Assembly: GCA_963716245.1 (NCBI GenBank)
Contig: OY970300.1
Location: forward strand, 913,152 to 977,151
Direction of reading: 5' to 3'
DNA from: an uncultured Solirubrobacterales bacterium
Lineage (GTDB): Bacteria; Actinomycetota; Thermoleophilia; Solirubrobacterales; 70-9
Length of the DNA: 64,000 bases
The position numbers and the translations under genes are program-made. Shown here piece by piece: positions 1 through 8,576 of the stretch. The notes under the pieces are model-generated. The model searched no databases, had not been told where the DNA came from, and worked only from the letters and a program-made list of their open reading frames with translations. How positions within the stretch are numbered: position 1 is the stretch's first letter; each line of letters starts with the position of its first letter.

Positions 1-1
1 C

Positions 2-1774
2 GCGCTTGCGGCGAGTGTTGCGTTGCTGTGCATCGCCGGGCCGCAGGCCGGTCATGCCGCGCCCGGCGGCGAGGCGAGTGCGGCGAAGGGCGGTTTGACG
101 ATTCGGATCGCCGGCCTGCCGCGCGGCGAGCGCGGGAAGTTCACCCTGCTCGGGCCGCGGCAGTCGCCGCGCGCGAAGCGCAAGCTGCGCCGTCGCCTCT
201 CGCGCAAGGGCAAGACGATCGTCGCGGGCCTGCGCCCCGGCACCTACCGGATCAGGGTCACGAAGGTCCGGCTGCGGCGCTCGCGCGGCGGCGCGAAGCG
301 CGGTGCCGTCGCGATCCCGGCCCGCCGCGCCCTGCGCTTCGAGGTCAAGGCCGGTCGCCGGACTCCGGTGAGCGTCCGCTACGGGACCATCCTCAATCCC
401 GGCGTGCGCGACGCCTCGAGGCGGATCGCGAGGGTCCTGGGCAGCGCGATCGACCCGCGCGCGGTCATCCTCCGGGGAGGGCAGGGCGTCCGCCGCGGCA
501 CGATCCTCTCGGCCCGACCGAGCAACCTCCTGCCCCGCGGCCTGCTGGCCCGCGTGACCTCGCTCAGGCGCACCCGTCAGGGGGTCGCCGCCGGGTTGCA
601 GCCCGCGAGCATCTATGACGTCGCCCCCAACATGTCGTTCGACGTCCCCCTAACGGGCGAGACGCGCGCCGGTGCAAGTCGGCTGCTGAAATGCAGTGTC
701 GGACCAGACGCCGACTTCCAGCCCTACGCGAAAGTCAGCGACTTCCGCCTCAGGGGCGGGTGGACGACGACGAGGGTCCTGTTCAGCGATGTGACCACGG
801 GAGCCGAGGTCGACCTAACCTTCCGTACCGGCGTCGGCGTCAAGCTCGCCTCCAGCGCGGGCGTGGCCTGCAAGCTCGACCTTCCCGCCGTCGCCCTCCA
901 GGGCATGGCGGGCCCGATACCGGTTTACGGCGGGATCAGGCCCGGCGCGAAAGCCGAAGTCGGCGGCGCGGCGGACGTCAGCACCGAGGGGTCGGCAGAC
1001 GTGACGCTGGGGGCCCGGATCGGCGCCGTCCCGCCGCGGGCGACGCCGGTGCTCGGCTTCTCCTCGCCGCGCTTCACGGTCAAAGCGGGGGTTTTCGCCG
1101 GCGTCAAGGCGAGTCTCAGTCTCAACGCCGAGCTGGGCATCGGCGCCGCAAACGCGGCCAACCTGCACGCCAGCTTCGGCAACAGCCTCGATTTCGTCGC
1201 CAGCCCAGGCAACTGCAGCTGGGACCTCAACCTCGGGACCTTCTCGGGAGGCGGACGGCTCGGGCCGTTTGACATCTCGACGCCGAGCTCGCCGCCGCTG
1301 TTCACCCGCAACCTGTGGCGACAGCCCTGCGGCAGCGCCCCACCGCCCCCGCCGCCACCTCCGCCCCCATCGTTGCCGCTGCCCTACCCGCGGGCGACGA
1401 TGAGCTGGGACACCGATGCGGACATCGACCTGTACGCCTGGGACGAGGCCGGGAACATGACCTACTTCGGCAACCAGCTGGCGATCCCGAACGCCGAACT
1501 GATCGACGACGTGATCCCCTCGGAAGGCGAATACGAACACGGCCCGGAGGAATTCGTGGAGACCGCCGATCCGGGCAGGACCTACACGTTTGGGATCTGC
1601 GACTTCAACGATCTCTCGGTCGAAGGGGCGGAGGTCACGCTCACGGTCAGGGATCCGAGCGGGGCGATGCGCACGTTCGACGAAACGCTCTTCGGCGAAG
1701 GCGACAGCGTCGTAGTCACGACGAGTCCCGAGGGGACCGGCTACGTGCCCGAACCGGGCTGGTGCAGCTTCTGA
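2..1774 (+). CDS. Secreted protein, 5' end cut by the window edge. It has an Arg/Lys-rich N-terminal module, a poly-Pro linker and a C-terminal domain resembling DUF2135/YfaP-type.
   Basis: The frame stays open back to nt 2, and ALAASVALLCIAGPQAGHA looks like the end of a signal peptide. Third-position GC is high. Ten consecutive Pro codons lie at nt 1340-1369. The C-terminal WDTDADIDLYAWDEAGNMTYFGN...GPEEF pattern is recalled from DUF2135, from memory and unverified. Confidence 0.6.
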   Translation, partial: ALAASVALLCIAGPQAGHAAPGGEASAAKGGLTIRIAGLPRGERGKFTLLGPRQSPRAKRKLRRRLSRKGKTIVAGLRPGTYRIRVTKVRLRRSRGGAKRGAVAIPARRALRFEVKAGRRTPVSVRYGTILNPGVRDASRRIARVLGSAIDPRAVILRGGQGVRRGTILSARPSNLLPRGLLARVTSLRRTRQGVAAGLQPASIYDVAPNMSFDVPLTGETRAGASRLLKCSVGPDADFQPYAKVSDFRLRGGWTTTRVLFSDVTTGAEVDLTFRTGVGVKLASSAGVACKLDLPAVALQGMAGPIPVYGGIRPGAKAEVGGAADVSTEGSADVTLGARIGAVPPRATPVLGFSSPRFTVKAGVFAGVKASLSLNAELGIGAANAANLHASFGNSLDFVASPGNCSWDLNLGTFSGGGRLGPFDISTPSSPPLFTRNLWRQPCGSAPPPPPPPPPPSLPLPYPRATMSWDTDADIDLYAWDEAGNMTYFGNQLAIPNAELIDDVIPSEGEYEHGPEEFVETADPGRTYTFGICDFNDLSVEGAEVTLTVRDPSGAMRTFDETLFGEGDSVVVTTSPEGTGYVPEPGWCSF

Positions 1775-1782
1775 GCATGAGC

Positions 1783-1803
1783 ATTCGCTAACGATTCGCT
1801 AAC
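1783..1803 (+). repeat. Perfect 10-nt tandem direct repeat ATTCGCTAAC-G-ATTCGCTAAC (11-nt period), 85 nt upstream of ftsE
   Basis: Read directly: gcATTCGCTAACgATTCGCTAACctg in the 113-nt gap between the upstream CDS stop and the ftsE ATG. Confidence 0.5.
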
Positions 1804-1887
1804 CTGCCGCGAACCTCTGCTGGGCGGGGTCTTGCGCGCGCGACGCCGCGCAGGAGTCACCCTGTACTCGCAGAAGGGACCGCGGGC

Positions 1888-2724
1888 ATGGCCAGACGAA
1901 AGCGAAAGAAGGGCGCCGAGGCGGCACCGGCGCCGCGGCGGCGCGGCGGCGCGCCGATCGTCGAGCTGCGCGACGTGACCAAGGTCTACCCGGGCGGGCA
2001 CATGGCGCTCGACCGCGTCTCCCTGGCGATCGACCGGGGCGAATTCGTCTTCCTCGTCGGCCCGACCGGCTGCGGCAAGTCGACCCTGATCAAGACCCTG
2101 ATCCGCGACCAGATGGTCACCGACGGCAGCGTGCGGATCGCCGGGCGCGACATCGAGGCGCTGCCCGAGAACAAGATCCCGCAGCTGCGGCGCAACATCG
2201 GCACCGTCTTCCAGGACTTCAAGCTGCTGCCCGACCGCACCGTCTACGACAACGTCGCCTATGCGCTGCAGGTGATCGGCGCCAGCCGCGCCCAGATCCG
2301 CACCCAGGTGCCGGAGACCCTGCGCCTGGTCGGCCTCTCGACCAAGCTGCACAGCTACCCCGACGAGCTCTCGGGCGGCGAGCAGCAGCGCGTCTCGATC
2401 GCCCGAGCCTTCGTCAACCACCCGCCGCTGCTGCTCGCCGACGAGCCGAGCGGCAACCTCGACCCGGTCACCTCGATCGGCGTCATGCAGCTGCTCTACC
2501 GGATCAACAAGACCGGCACCACGGTGCTGGTCGTCACCCACGACCGCGAGATGGTCGACAACATGCGCCGCCGGGTGATCGAGCTCTACGAGGGCCGCGT
2601 CGTCCGCGACGAGGTCAGCGGCGGCTACACCGAGGAGTCGACGACGGAGTTCGGCCTGCGCATGCGGGCCGAGATGGGCGTCGCCCCCGAGGGCCAGACC
2701 AACGGCCACGACTCCCTCTTCTGA
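1888..2724 (+). CDS. ftsE: Cell division ATP-binding protein FtsE
   Basis: ABC ATPase with Walker [10 protein letters not shown], signature LSGGEQQR and Walker B LLLADEP. A basic N-terminal extension is present. It is immediately followed by an FtsX-type permease. Confidence 0.93.
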   Translation: MARRKRKKGAEAAPAPRRRGGAPIVELRDVTKVYPGGHMALDRVSLAIDRGEFVFLVGPTGCGKSTLIKTLIRDQMVTDGSVRIAGRDIEALPENKIPQLRRNIGTVFQDFKLLPDRTVYDNVAYALQVIGASRAQIRTQVPETLRLVGLSTKLHSYPDELSGGEQQRVSIARAFVNHPPLLLADEPSGNLDPVTSIGVMQLLYRINKTGTTVLVVTHDREMVDNMRRRVIELYEGRVVRDEVSGGYTEESTTEFGLRMRAEMGVAPEGQTNGHDSLF

Positions 2725-2727
2725 TCC

Positions 2728-3645
2728 ATGTCCAAGCTCTTCTTCTTCACTCAGGAGGCATTCCGGGCGCTGCGCCGCAACGGCGCGCCGAGCATGGCGG
2801 CGATCGTCACCACGGTCGTCACCGTGATCCTGCTCGGCGTCCTGATCCCGATCTTCCAGACGACCCAGGCCAAGAGCGAGGAGGTGCGCGACAGCCTCGA
2901 GACGCGGGTCGCCCTCTACGACGACGCGACGAAATCCGAAATCGCCGGCCTGCAGCGCGAGCTCGAAGCGATCCCGCACGTCTCCGAGGTCAGCCTGATC
3001 ACCAAGGCGATGGCGCTCGAGGAACTGAAAGAGGATCTCGGCAAGGAGAAGAGCGGCGAACTGCTCGCCCAGCTCCACTCCAACCCGCTGCCCGCCAACT
3101 TCCAGGTCAAGGCCGACGACGCCGCCAACCTCGACGCGGTGCGCACGGCGATCGTGCCGCCCGGGCCGAACGGCAAGCCGCAGCCGATCTCGCCGATCGT
3201 CTCCGAGATCTTCGACCGCCAGCAGGAGTCGAAGAAGATCGAGCAGGTGACGAGCGCGTTGAAGATCGTCCTGACCGTGATCACGGCGCTGCTGATCGCG
3301 GCCTCGCTGATGCTGGTCGGCAACACGATCCGGCTCTCGATCTACACCCGCCGCCGCGAGGTCGAGGTGATGCGGCTGGTCGGCGCGACGCGCTGGTTCA
3401 TCCGCTGGCCGTTCATGATCGAGGGGGTCGTCGTCGGCTTCGCCGGGGGGCTGGTGGCCATACTGATCCTGTGGCTGGGCAAGATGACGATCGTCGACCC
3501 GCTGAGCGACAGCATCGGCTTCCTGGCGGCGCAGAACAGCACCACGCTCTCCTTCCCGGCGCTGGTCGCGATCCTCTTCGGCGCCGCCGTGCTCGTCTCG
3601 GCCGTCGGATCCGGTGTGACGCTGCGCCGTTTCCTCAAGGTCTGA
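2728..3645 (+). CDS. ftsX: Cell division permease FtsX
   Basis: FtsX architecture: N-terminal FFTQEAFRALRRNG, TM1, a large extracytoplasmic loop and three C-terminal TM helices. It starts 4 nt after the ftsE stop. Confidence 0.9.
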   Translation: MSKLFFFTQEAFRALRRNGAPSMAAIVTTVVTVILLGVLIPIFQTTQAKSEEVRDSLETRVALYDDATKSEIAGLQRELEAIPHVSEVSLITKAMALEELKEDLGKEKSGELLAQLHSNPLPANFQVKADDAANLDAVRTAIVPPGPNGKPQPISPIVSEIFDRQQESKKIEQVTSALKIVLTVITALLIAASLMLVGNTIRLSIYTRRREVEVMRLVGATRWFIRWPFMIEGVVVGFAGGLVAILILWLGKMTIVDPLSDSIGFLAAQNSTTLSFPALVAILFGAAVLVSAVGSGVTLRRFLKV

Positions 3646-3661
3646 GCGCCGCGGAGGCCGG

Positions 3662-4843
3662 ATGAGGGGCGCCCGAGTCGCCGGTCTAGCCGTCGTCCTG
3701 CTCGCTGTGCTCGCCGCCGGCCTCTGGCTCGGCGGCCACCCGGCCACGATGCCCTCACAGCTGCGTGACGTCTTCGTCGACGACTCCGCCGGGCTGACCG
3801 CGGAAGCGAGCGAGCTGATCGAAGCGAACTACTACCGCGAGGTGCCCCACCCGGAGCTGATCGACTCCTCCCTGCAGGGCATGGTCCGCGGCCTGCGCCG
3901 CCGCTACCGCGATCGCTTCTCCGAATACTTCTCGCCGGAGATGCTGATCCGCTTCAACGAGGAAATAGAGGGGCGCTTCACCGGGATCGGGCTGAGCGTG
4001 AACGAGGTGCGGCGCGGCCTGCGGGTCGCCAGCGTGTTCGCGGGATCGCCGGCCGAGCGGGCCGGGATCGGGGTGGGGGACACGATCGTCTCGGTCGACG
4101 GCCGCTCGATCGCAGGGCTGGGAAGCGTCGCCGCGACCGCGAGGATCAAGGGCCCGGAGGGAACCGAGGTCGTGGTCGGCGTGGTCGACGGGGAAGCGCG
4201 CGAGGAGCGCCAGGTGCGCCTGACGCGGGCGGAGATCGAGGTGCCGGTCGTGAGCGGCGGGCTGCGGACGGTCGGCGGCGAGCGACTCGGCTACGTGAGG
4301 CTGGCGGCGTTCAGCAGCGGCGCCCACGGCGCCCTGCGCGAGGAGATCGAGCGGCTGCGCGATCGCGGTGCCCGCGGCCTCGTGCTCGATCTGCGCGCCA
4401 ACGGCGGCGGGCTGCTCGAGGAGGCGGTGCTGACGGCGAGCATCTTCCTGCCCGAGGGGCAGGTCGTCGTCTCGACCCGCTCCCGGACCCAGGGCGAGAC
4501 CGTCTACGAGGCCCAGGGCGGCAACCTGCCGTCGCTGCCGGTCGTCGTCCTGATCGATCGCGGCACGGCCTCGGCCGCGGAGATCCTCGCCGCCGCGCTC
4601 GCCGACGACGCCGGGGCCGAGGTGGTCGGCACGCGCTCGTTCGGCAAGGGCGTCTTCCAGCAGGAGGTCGGCCTCTCCAACGGCGGCGCCCTGAAGTTGA
4701 CGATCGGCGAGTACTTCACGCCGGACGGGACGAACCTGGCCGGCAAGGGCATCCAACCGGACGTAAAGGCAAGCGACCGGCCCGGCACCCCCCGCGACGA
4801 GGCGCTCGCTCGCGCCCTGAGCGTGCTGGCGACTCAGCGATGA
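3662..4843 (+). CDS. S41 family C-terminal processing peptidase with PDZ domain
   Basis: N-terminal TM/signal, a PDZ-like segment (GIGLSV...GSPAERAGIGVGDTIVSVDG), S41 catalytic context (LIDRGTASAAEILA) and a downstream FGKG. Confidence 0.88.
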   Translation: MRGARVAGLAVVLLAVLAAGLWLGGHPATMPSQLRDVFVDDSAGLTAEASELIEANYYREVPHPELIDSSLQGMVRGLRRRYRDRFSEYFSPEMLIRFNEEIEGRFTGIGLSVNEVRRGLRVASVFAGSPAERAGIGVGDTIVSVDGRSIAGLGSVAATARIKGPEGTEVVVGVVDGEAREERQVRLTRAEIEVPVVSGGLRTVGGERLGYVRLAAFSSGAHGALREEIERLRDRGARGLVLDLRANGGGLLEEAVLTASIFLPEGQVVVSTRSRTQGETVYEAQGGNLPSLPVVVLIDRGTASAAEILAAALADDAGAEVVGTRSFGKGVFQQEVGLSNGGALKLTIGEYFTPDGTNLAGKGIQPDVKASDRPGTPRDEALARALSVLATQR

Positions 4844-4901
4844 GCTTCCAGTGCGCCTTTTGTCCGCCTGAGGTACATAAGGCGCACCGGAAGGTGCCCG
4901 C

Positions 4902-6521
4902 GTGACCAAACCCCATTGGCGCCACTACCGCGACCGGCAGCGCTCCCGGGGCCGGGGGCGGGGGCGGAGGGCGGAGCCGAAGAACGCCCGCGAGGCGCTC
5001 GAGCAGCTGCTCGCGGAGGAGCTGCCCTGGCGGCGCGGCTTCGGCGCCCGCCTGGAGACCGAAGCGGCCGAAGCCGCCAGTGCGGCGGCGGCACGATCCG
5101 CCTCGCGCCGCGACCTGACCGACCTGCCGACCTTCACGGTCGACCCCGCGACGGCGCGCGATTTCGACGACGCCGTCTCGGCCCGGCGCGAGGGCGACTC
5201 GGTCCGCCTCTGGGTGCACATCGCCGACGTCGCCGCGCACGTTCCGCCCGGCTCGGCGCTGGACCGCGAGGCGCGCAAGCGCGGCAACAGCACCTACGTC
5301 CCGGGGACGGTCGAGCCGATGCTGCCGCACGCGCTCAGCTCGGAGGCATGCAGCCTCGCGCCGGGCTTGGAGCGACTCGCGGTCACGGCTGAGATCGAGC
5401 TGGGACCGGCCGGCGAGCCGCGCGGCGGCAGCTTCTACCGCAGCCGCATCCGCTCCGACGCGCGGCTCGACTACGACCGGCTGGACACGATCTTCGCCGG
5501 GCGGGTCGCCGCACCCGAGCCGGTCGCCGAGCCGCTCGCGGTCGCCCGCCAGGTGGCGGCGGCGCTGGGCGAGCGCCGCGGGCCGACGAGCCTCGCCGTC
5601 GAGTCCAGCGAGCCCGAGTTCCGCTTCGACGCGGACGGCAACCCGGTCGGCGCCCGCGCGGTCGCGCAGACGGAGTCCCACCGGCTGATCGAGCGGCTGA
5701 TGATCCTCACCAACGAGCAGGTCGCCCAGCTCTTGGAGCGCAAGCGCGTGCCGGCGATCTTCCGCGTGCACGCCCAGCCCGATCCGGGGCGGGTGGAGCG
5801 GCTGATCTCCCAGCTCCACGACCTCGACGTCCCGACGCCGCCGCTGCGCGGGACGATGGCGCCGCGCCAGGCCGGCGAGCTGGCCGCCGAGGCGAGCCGC
5901 CTGGTGGCACGCGAGGCGGCGCGGCGGGGGTATGGCCGCGACGCGTATACATCGCTCGTGCTCCGCTCCCTCAAACAGGCCTTCTACAGCGAGCGCAACG
6001 GCGGCCACGCGGGCCTCGGCAGCGAGGCGTACTGCCACTTCACCTCCCCGATCCGCCGCTACCCCGACCTCGTCGTGCACCGGGCGCTGCTCGCGGCGCT
6101 GGGCGAGGGCGAGCCGGCGCCCAGCGCCGCCGAAGCGCGCGACGCGGCCTGGCATTGCAGCGAGCGGGAGCGGGAGTCGATGCGGATCGAGAGGAAGGCC
6201 GACGACGTCTGCGCCGCCTACCTGCTGGAGCGCGAGCTGGAGGAGCGCGGCGAGCGGGCGACGTTCGAGGGCGAGGTCTCGGGCGTGATCCGGGCGGGGG
6301 CGTTCGTCGCCTTCGGCGGGGAGCTCGGCGACGTCTACGAGGGCTTCCTGCCGGCGCGGCGCCTCGGGATCGAGCGGTTCGAGCTGAACGAATCCGAGAC
6401 CGTGCTGGTCGCGGCCGAGTCGGGTCGCAGGCTGCGGCTCGGCGACCCGGTGTCGGTCCGGGTGAGCAGGGTGGAAGCGCCCCGCGGGCGGGCCGACCTG
6501 GAGCCGGTGCCGGGGGCCTGA
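4902..6521 (+). CDS. rnr: RNase II/R family 3'-5' exoribonuclease (short RNase R-like)
   Basis: RNB-domain motifs (DFDDAVS, HFTSPIRRYPDLVVHR) and a C-terminal S1-like fold (FEGEVSGVIRAGAFVAFGG). The basic RGRGRGRR N-terminus replaces the usual cold-shock domains. Confidence 0.85.
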   Translation: MTKPHWRHYRDRQRSRGRGRGRRAEPKNAREALEQLLAEELPWRRGFGARLETEAAEAASAAAARSASRRDLTDLPTFTVDPATARDFDDAVSARREGDSVRLWVHIADVAAHVPPGSALDREARKRGNSTYVPGTVEPMLPHALSSEACSLAPGLERLAVTAEIELGPAGEPRGGSFYRSRIRSDARLDYDRLDTIFAGRVAAPEPVAEPLAVARQVAAALGERRGPTSLAVESSEPEFRFDADGNPVGARAVAQTESHRLIERLMILTNEQVAQLLERKRVPAIFRVHAQPDPGRVERLISQLHDLDVPTPPLRGTMAPRQAGELAAEASRLVAREAARRGYGRDAYTSLVLRSLKQAFYSERNGGHAGLGSEAYCHFTSPIRRYPDLVVHRALLAALGEGEPAPSAAEARDAAWHCSERERESMRIERKADDVCAAYLLERELEERGERATFEGEVSGVIRAGAFVAFGGELGDVYEGFLPARRLGIERFELNESETVLVAAESGRRLRLGDPVSVRVSRVEAPRGRADLEPVPGA

Positions 6522-6522
6522 G

Positions 6523-7005
6523 GTGGCGAAGAAGGGCAAGAAGCGCGAGCCCGCTTCGGGCGACGTGGCGACGAACCGCCGCGCGCGGCACAAGTTCGAG
6601 CTGGTCGAGAGGTTCGAGGCGGGGGTCGTGCTGCGCGGGTCGGAGGTCAAGTCCCTGCGCAAGGGCAAGGCGCAGATGGTCGACGCCTACGCGGTGGTCG
6701 ACGACGGCGAGGTATGGCTGCGCAACCTCCACATCCCCCCCTACGAGCCGGCGAGCCGTGAGAACCACGAGCCCGAGCGCGCCCGGAAACTGCTCCTGCA
6801 CCGGGCCGAGATCGAGCGACTCGTCGGCAAGACGGCGGAGCGCGGATTGACCCTGATCCCGACCAGGATCTACTTCAAGGGGTCGCGGGCCAAGGTCGAG
6901 CTGGCGCTGGCGCGGGGCAAGGAGGGAAGGGACCGTCGACGGGAAATAAGCGAACGTGACGTGCGGCGTGAGGTCGAGCGCGAATTCAAGAGCCGAATGA
7001 GGTAG
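6523..7005 (+). CDS. smpB: SsrA-binding protein SmpB
   Basis: Typical SmpB sequence (NRRARHKFELVERFEAGVVLRGSEVKSLR...LHIPPY). It starts 2 nt after the rnr stop. Confidence 0.95.
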   Translation: MAKKGKKREPASGDVATNRRARHKFELVERFEAGVVLRGSEVKSLRKGKAQMVDAYAVVDDGEVWLRNLHIPPYEPASRENHEPERARKLLLHRAEIERLVGKTAERGLTLIPTRIYFKGSRAKVELALARGKEGRDRRREISERDVRREVEREFKSRMR

Positions 7006-7019
7006 CTTCGAGGAGGCGT

Positions 7020-8576
7020 ATGGCTGACTTCGTCAGCGACAACATCGAGTACTTCGTCGCCGGGCTCGCGCTGGCGATTCTGCTGCTCCTGCTGGCGATC
7101 AGCGTCAGCCGGCGCCGGGGCAAGGCGAAGCAGGGCAAGAAGAGCCCTCCGCCACCGCCGCCGAGCCCGCAGCAGGGAAGTCCCGGCGCTCAGCAGCCCT
7201 CCGGCGCGACGACGCAGAAGCTGACGCCGACCCCCGCGCCGTCTACGCCGAGCGGCGGAGCGCTGAGCGCGAAGGAGAAGCGCAAGCAGGCCCGCGAGCA
7301 GCAGCGCGCCGCCCGGATGGAGCAGCGCAAGCGACGCCAGGAAGAGTCGAAGCGCCGGCGCGAGGAACGAGCGAGGAAACGGGCCGAACGTCGTCACAAG
7401 CCATCCGGCGCTCCGACCACGGGGCGCCGCGCCAAGCGGCAGGCCGCCAAGGCCGAGCGCGAGCTCGCCGCCGCACGCGCGGCCCAGGAGCGGGCCCTGC
7501 TCGACCAGCAGGCCGCCGTCGCCGGCCAGCAGCCGCAGCCGCAGCAAGCGCAGACCATGCCTGCCCAGATGCCGCCCCTCCAGGCCGCGCCCGCGCAGGC
7601 GCCCCCGCCGATGCAGGGCAATCCGCCGCCGACCCCGGTGCCGCCGCCCGCCGCCGTGCCCCCCCCGCCGGCCGCGGTCCCTCCGGCCGTCCCGCAGGCA
7701 CCGCAACCGGTCCCCCCGGCCCCCCAGCCGCCCGCCGGTCAGTACGACCCGGCGGCCGCCGAACAGCGGGTCCACGACAAGGTGACCGAAATCCAGCGCG
7801 AGGAGGAGCGGATCCGGGCCGAGGCGGAGCGCCGCATCCAGGAGGCGGAGCGCCTTCAGCGCGAGGCCGAACAGCGGCAGGCGCTCGCCGAAGCACCGCA
7901 ATCGTCCCCACCGGCAGGCCTGCAGACGGCCGAACAGCGACTGCAGCAGGAGCGCGAAGCGCAGGAGCGCTCGCTCGCCGAGGCGCAGGAGCGGCTGCGC
8001 CAGATCGAAGAGCGGACGAGGGCCGCGGAAGAGCGCGCCGCCGAGGCGGAGCGCCTCTCGAAGCTGAAATCCGAAGAGGACGAGCGCGACCGGCGGCTGC
8101 GCGAGATCCAGGAGAGCGTCGCGCAGGCCGAGGAGCGTGCCCGGGAGGCGGAGCGCCGCGCAGCGGCGGCCGAGCAGGCGGTGCTCAGCGCCGTCCAGTC
8201 GAACCCCCAGCCGCCGGCTCCCACGCCTCCGTCGCCGACGCCGGCGCCGCAGCCGCCCGCGCCGACGCCGGAGCCACCCGCGCCCACTCCACCGGCGCCG
8301 ATTCCGGGTCCCCAGCCGACGCCCCCGCCGACGCCGCAGCCGCCCGCGCCGAGTCCTCAGCCGCCACCGCCAGCGGCAGAGGGAGGCGAGACGGTCGCGC
8401 TCAACGAGGTCAGCTTCGAGCAGCTGCGCGCCCAGGGCCTCTCGGTCACCCAGGCGACCCGGCTGCTCGCCCACCGCGAGCGGGTCGGTCGCTTCCAGTC
8501 GGTCGACGAGCTCGACGAGATTCCCGGCCTGCCGCCGGAGTTCGCGGAAGACCTGAAGCGGCGCGCCCGGGTTTAG
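7020..8576 (+). CDS. Membrane-anchored Pro-rich / coiled-coil protein with C-terminal helix-hairpin-helix (ComEA-like) domain
   Basis: One N-terminal TM helix (FVAGLALAILLLLLAISV), long P/Q/A-rich and E/R/A-rich low-complexity stretches, and a terminal HhH-like segment (FEQLRAQGLSVTQATRLLAHRERVGRFQSVDELDEIPGL). Confidence 0.7.
   Translation: MADFVSDNIEYFVAGLALAILLLLLAISVSRRRGKAKQGKKSPPPPPPSPQQGSPGAQQPSGATTQKLTPTPAPSTPSGGALSAKEKRKQAREQQRAARMEQRKRRQEESKRRREERARKRAERRHKPSGAPTTGRRAKRQAAKAERELAAARAAQERALLDQQAAVAGQQPQPQQAQTMPAQMPPLQAAPAQAPPPMQGNPPPTPVPPPAAVPPPPAAVPPAVPQAPQPVPPAPQPPAGQYDPAAAEQRVHDKVTEIQREEERIRAEAERRIQEAERLQREAEQRQALAEAPQSSPPAGLQTAEQRLQQEREAQERSLAEAQERLRQIEERTRAAEERAAEAERLSKLKSEEDERDRRLREIQESVAQAEERAREAERRAAAAEQAVLSAVQSNPQPPAPTPPSPTPAPQPPAPTPEPPAPTPPAPIPGPQPTPPPTPQPPAPSPQPPPPAAEGGETVALNEVSFEQLRAQGLSVTQATRLLAHRERVGRFQSVDELDEIPGLPPEFAEDLKRRARV

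Noticed and set aside
8190-8400. Repetitive DNA that could be mistaken for a CRISPR or tandem-repeat array (also 50640-50800 and 58640-58800)
   Set aside because: These are low-complexity coding segments (PxP-rich, Glu-rich and Lys/Gly-rich) inside long ORFs. They have no regular repeat-spacer structure and there are no cas genes in the window.
1741-8474. Very long antisense ORFs (for example 1741-3747, 4716-6668 and 6870-8474 on the minus strand; also 61117-63825 minus and 11438-13363 minus)
   Set aside because: They are Arg/Ala/Gly/Pro-rich shadow frames, typical of GC-rich DNA lying opposite clearly recognisable genes (ftsEX, rnr, ccmF, ABC-F). They have no domain motifs, and their codon-position GC pattern belongs to the opposite strand.
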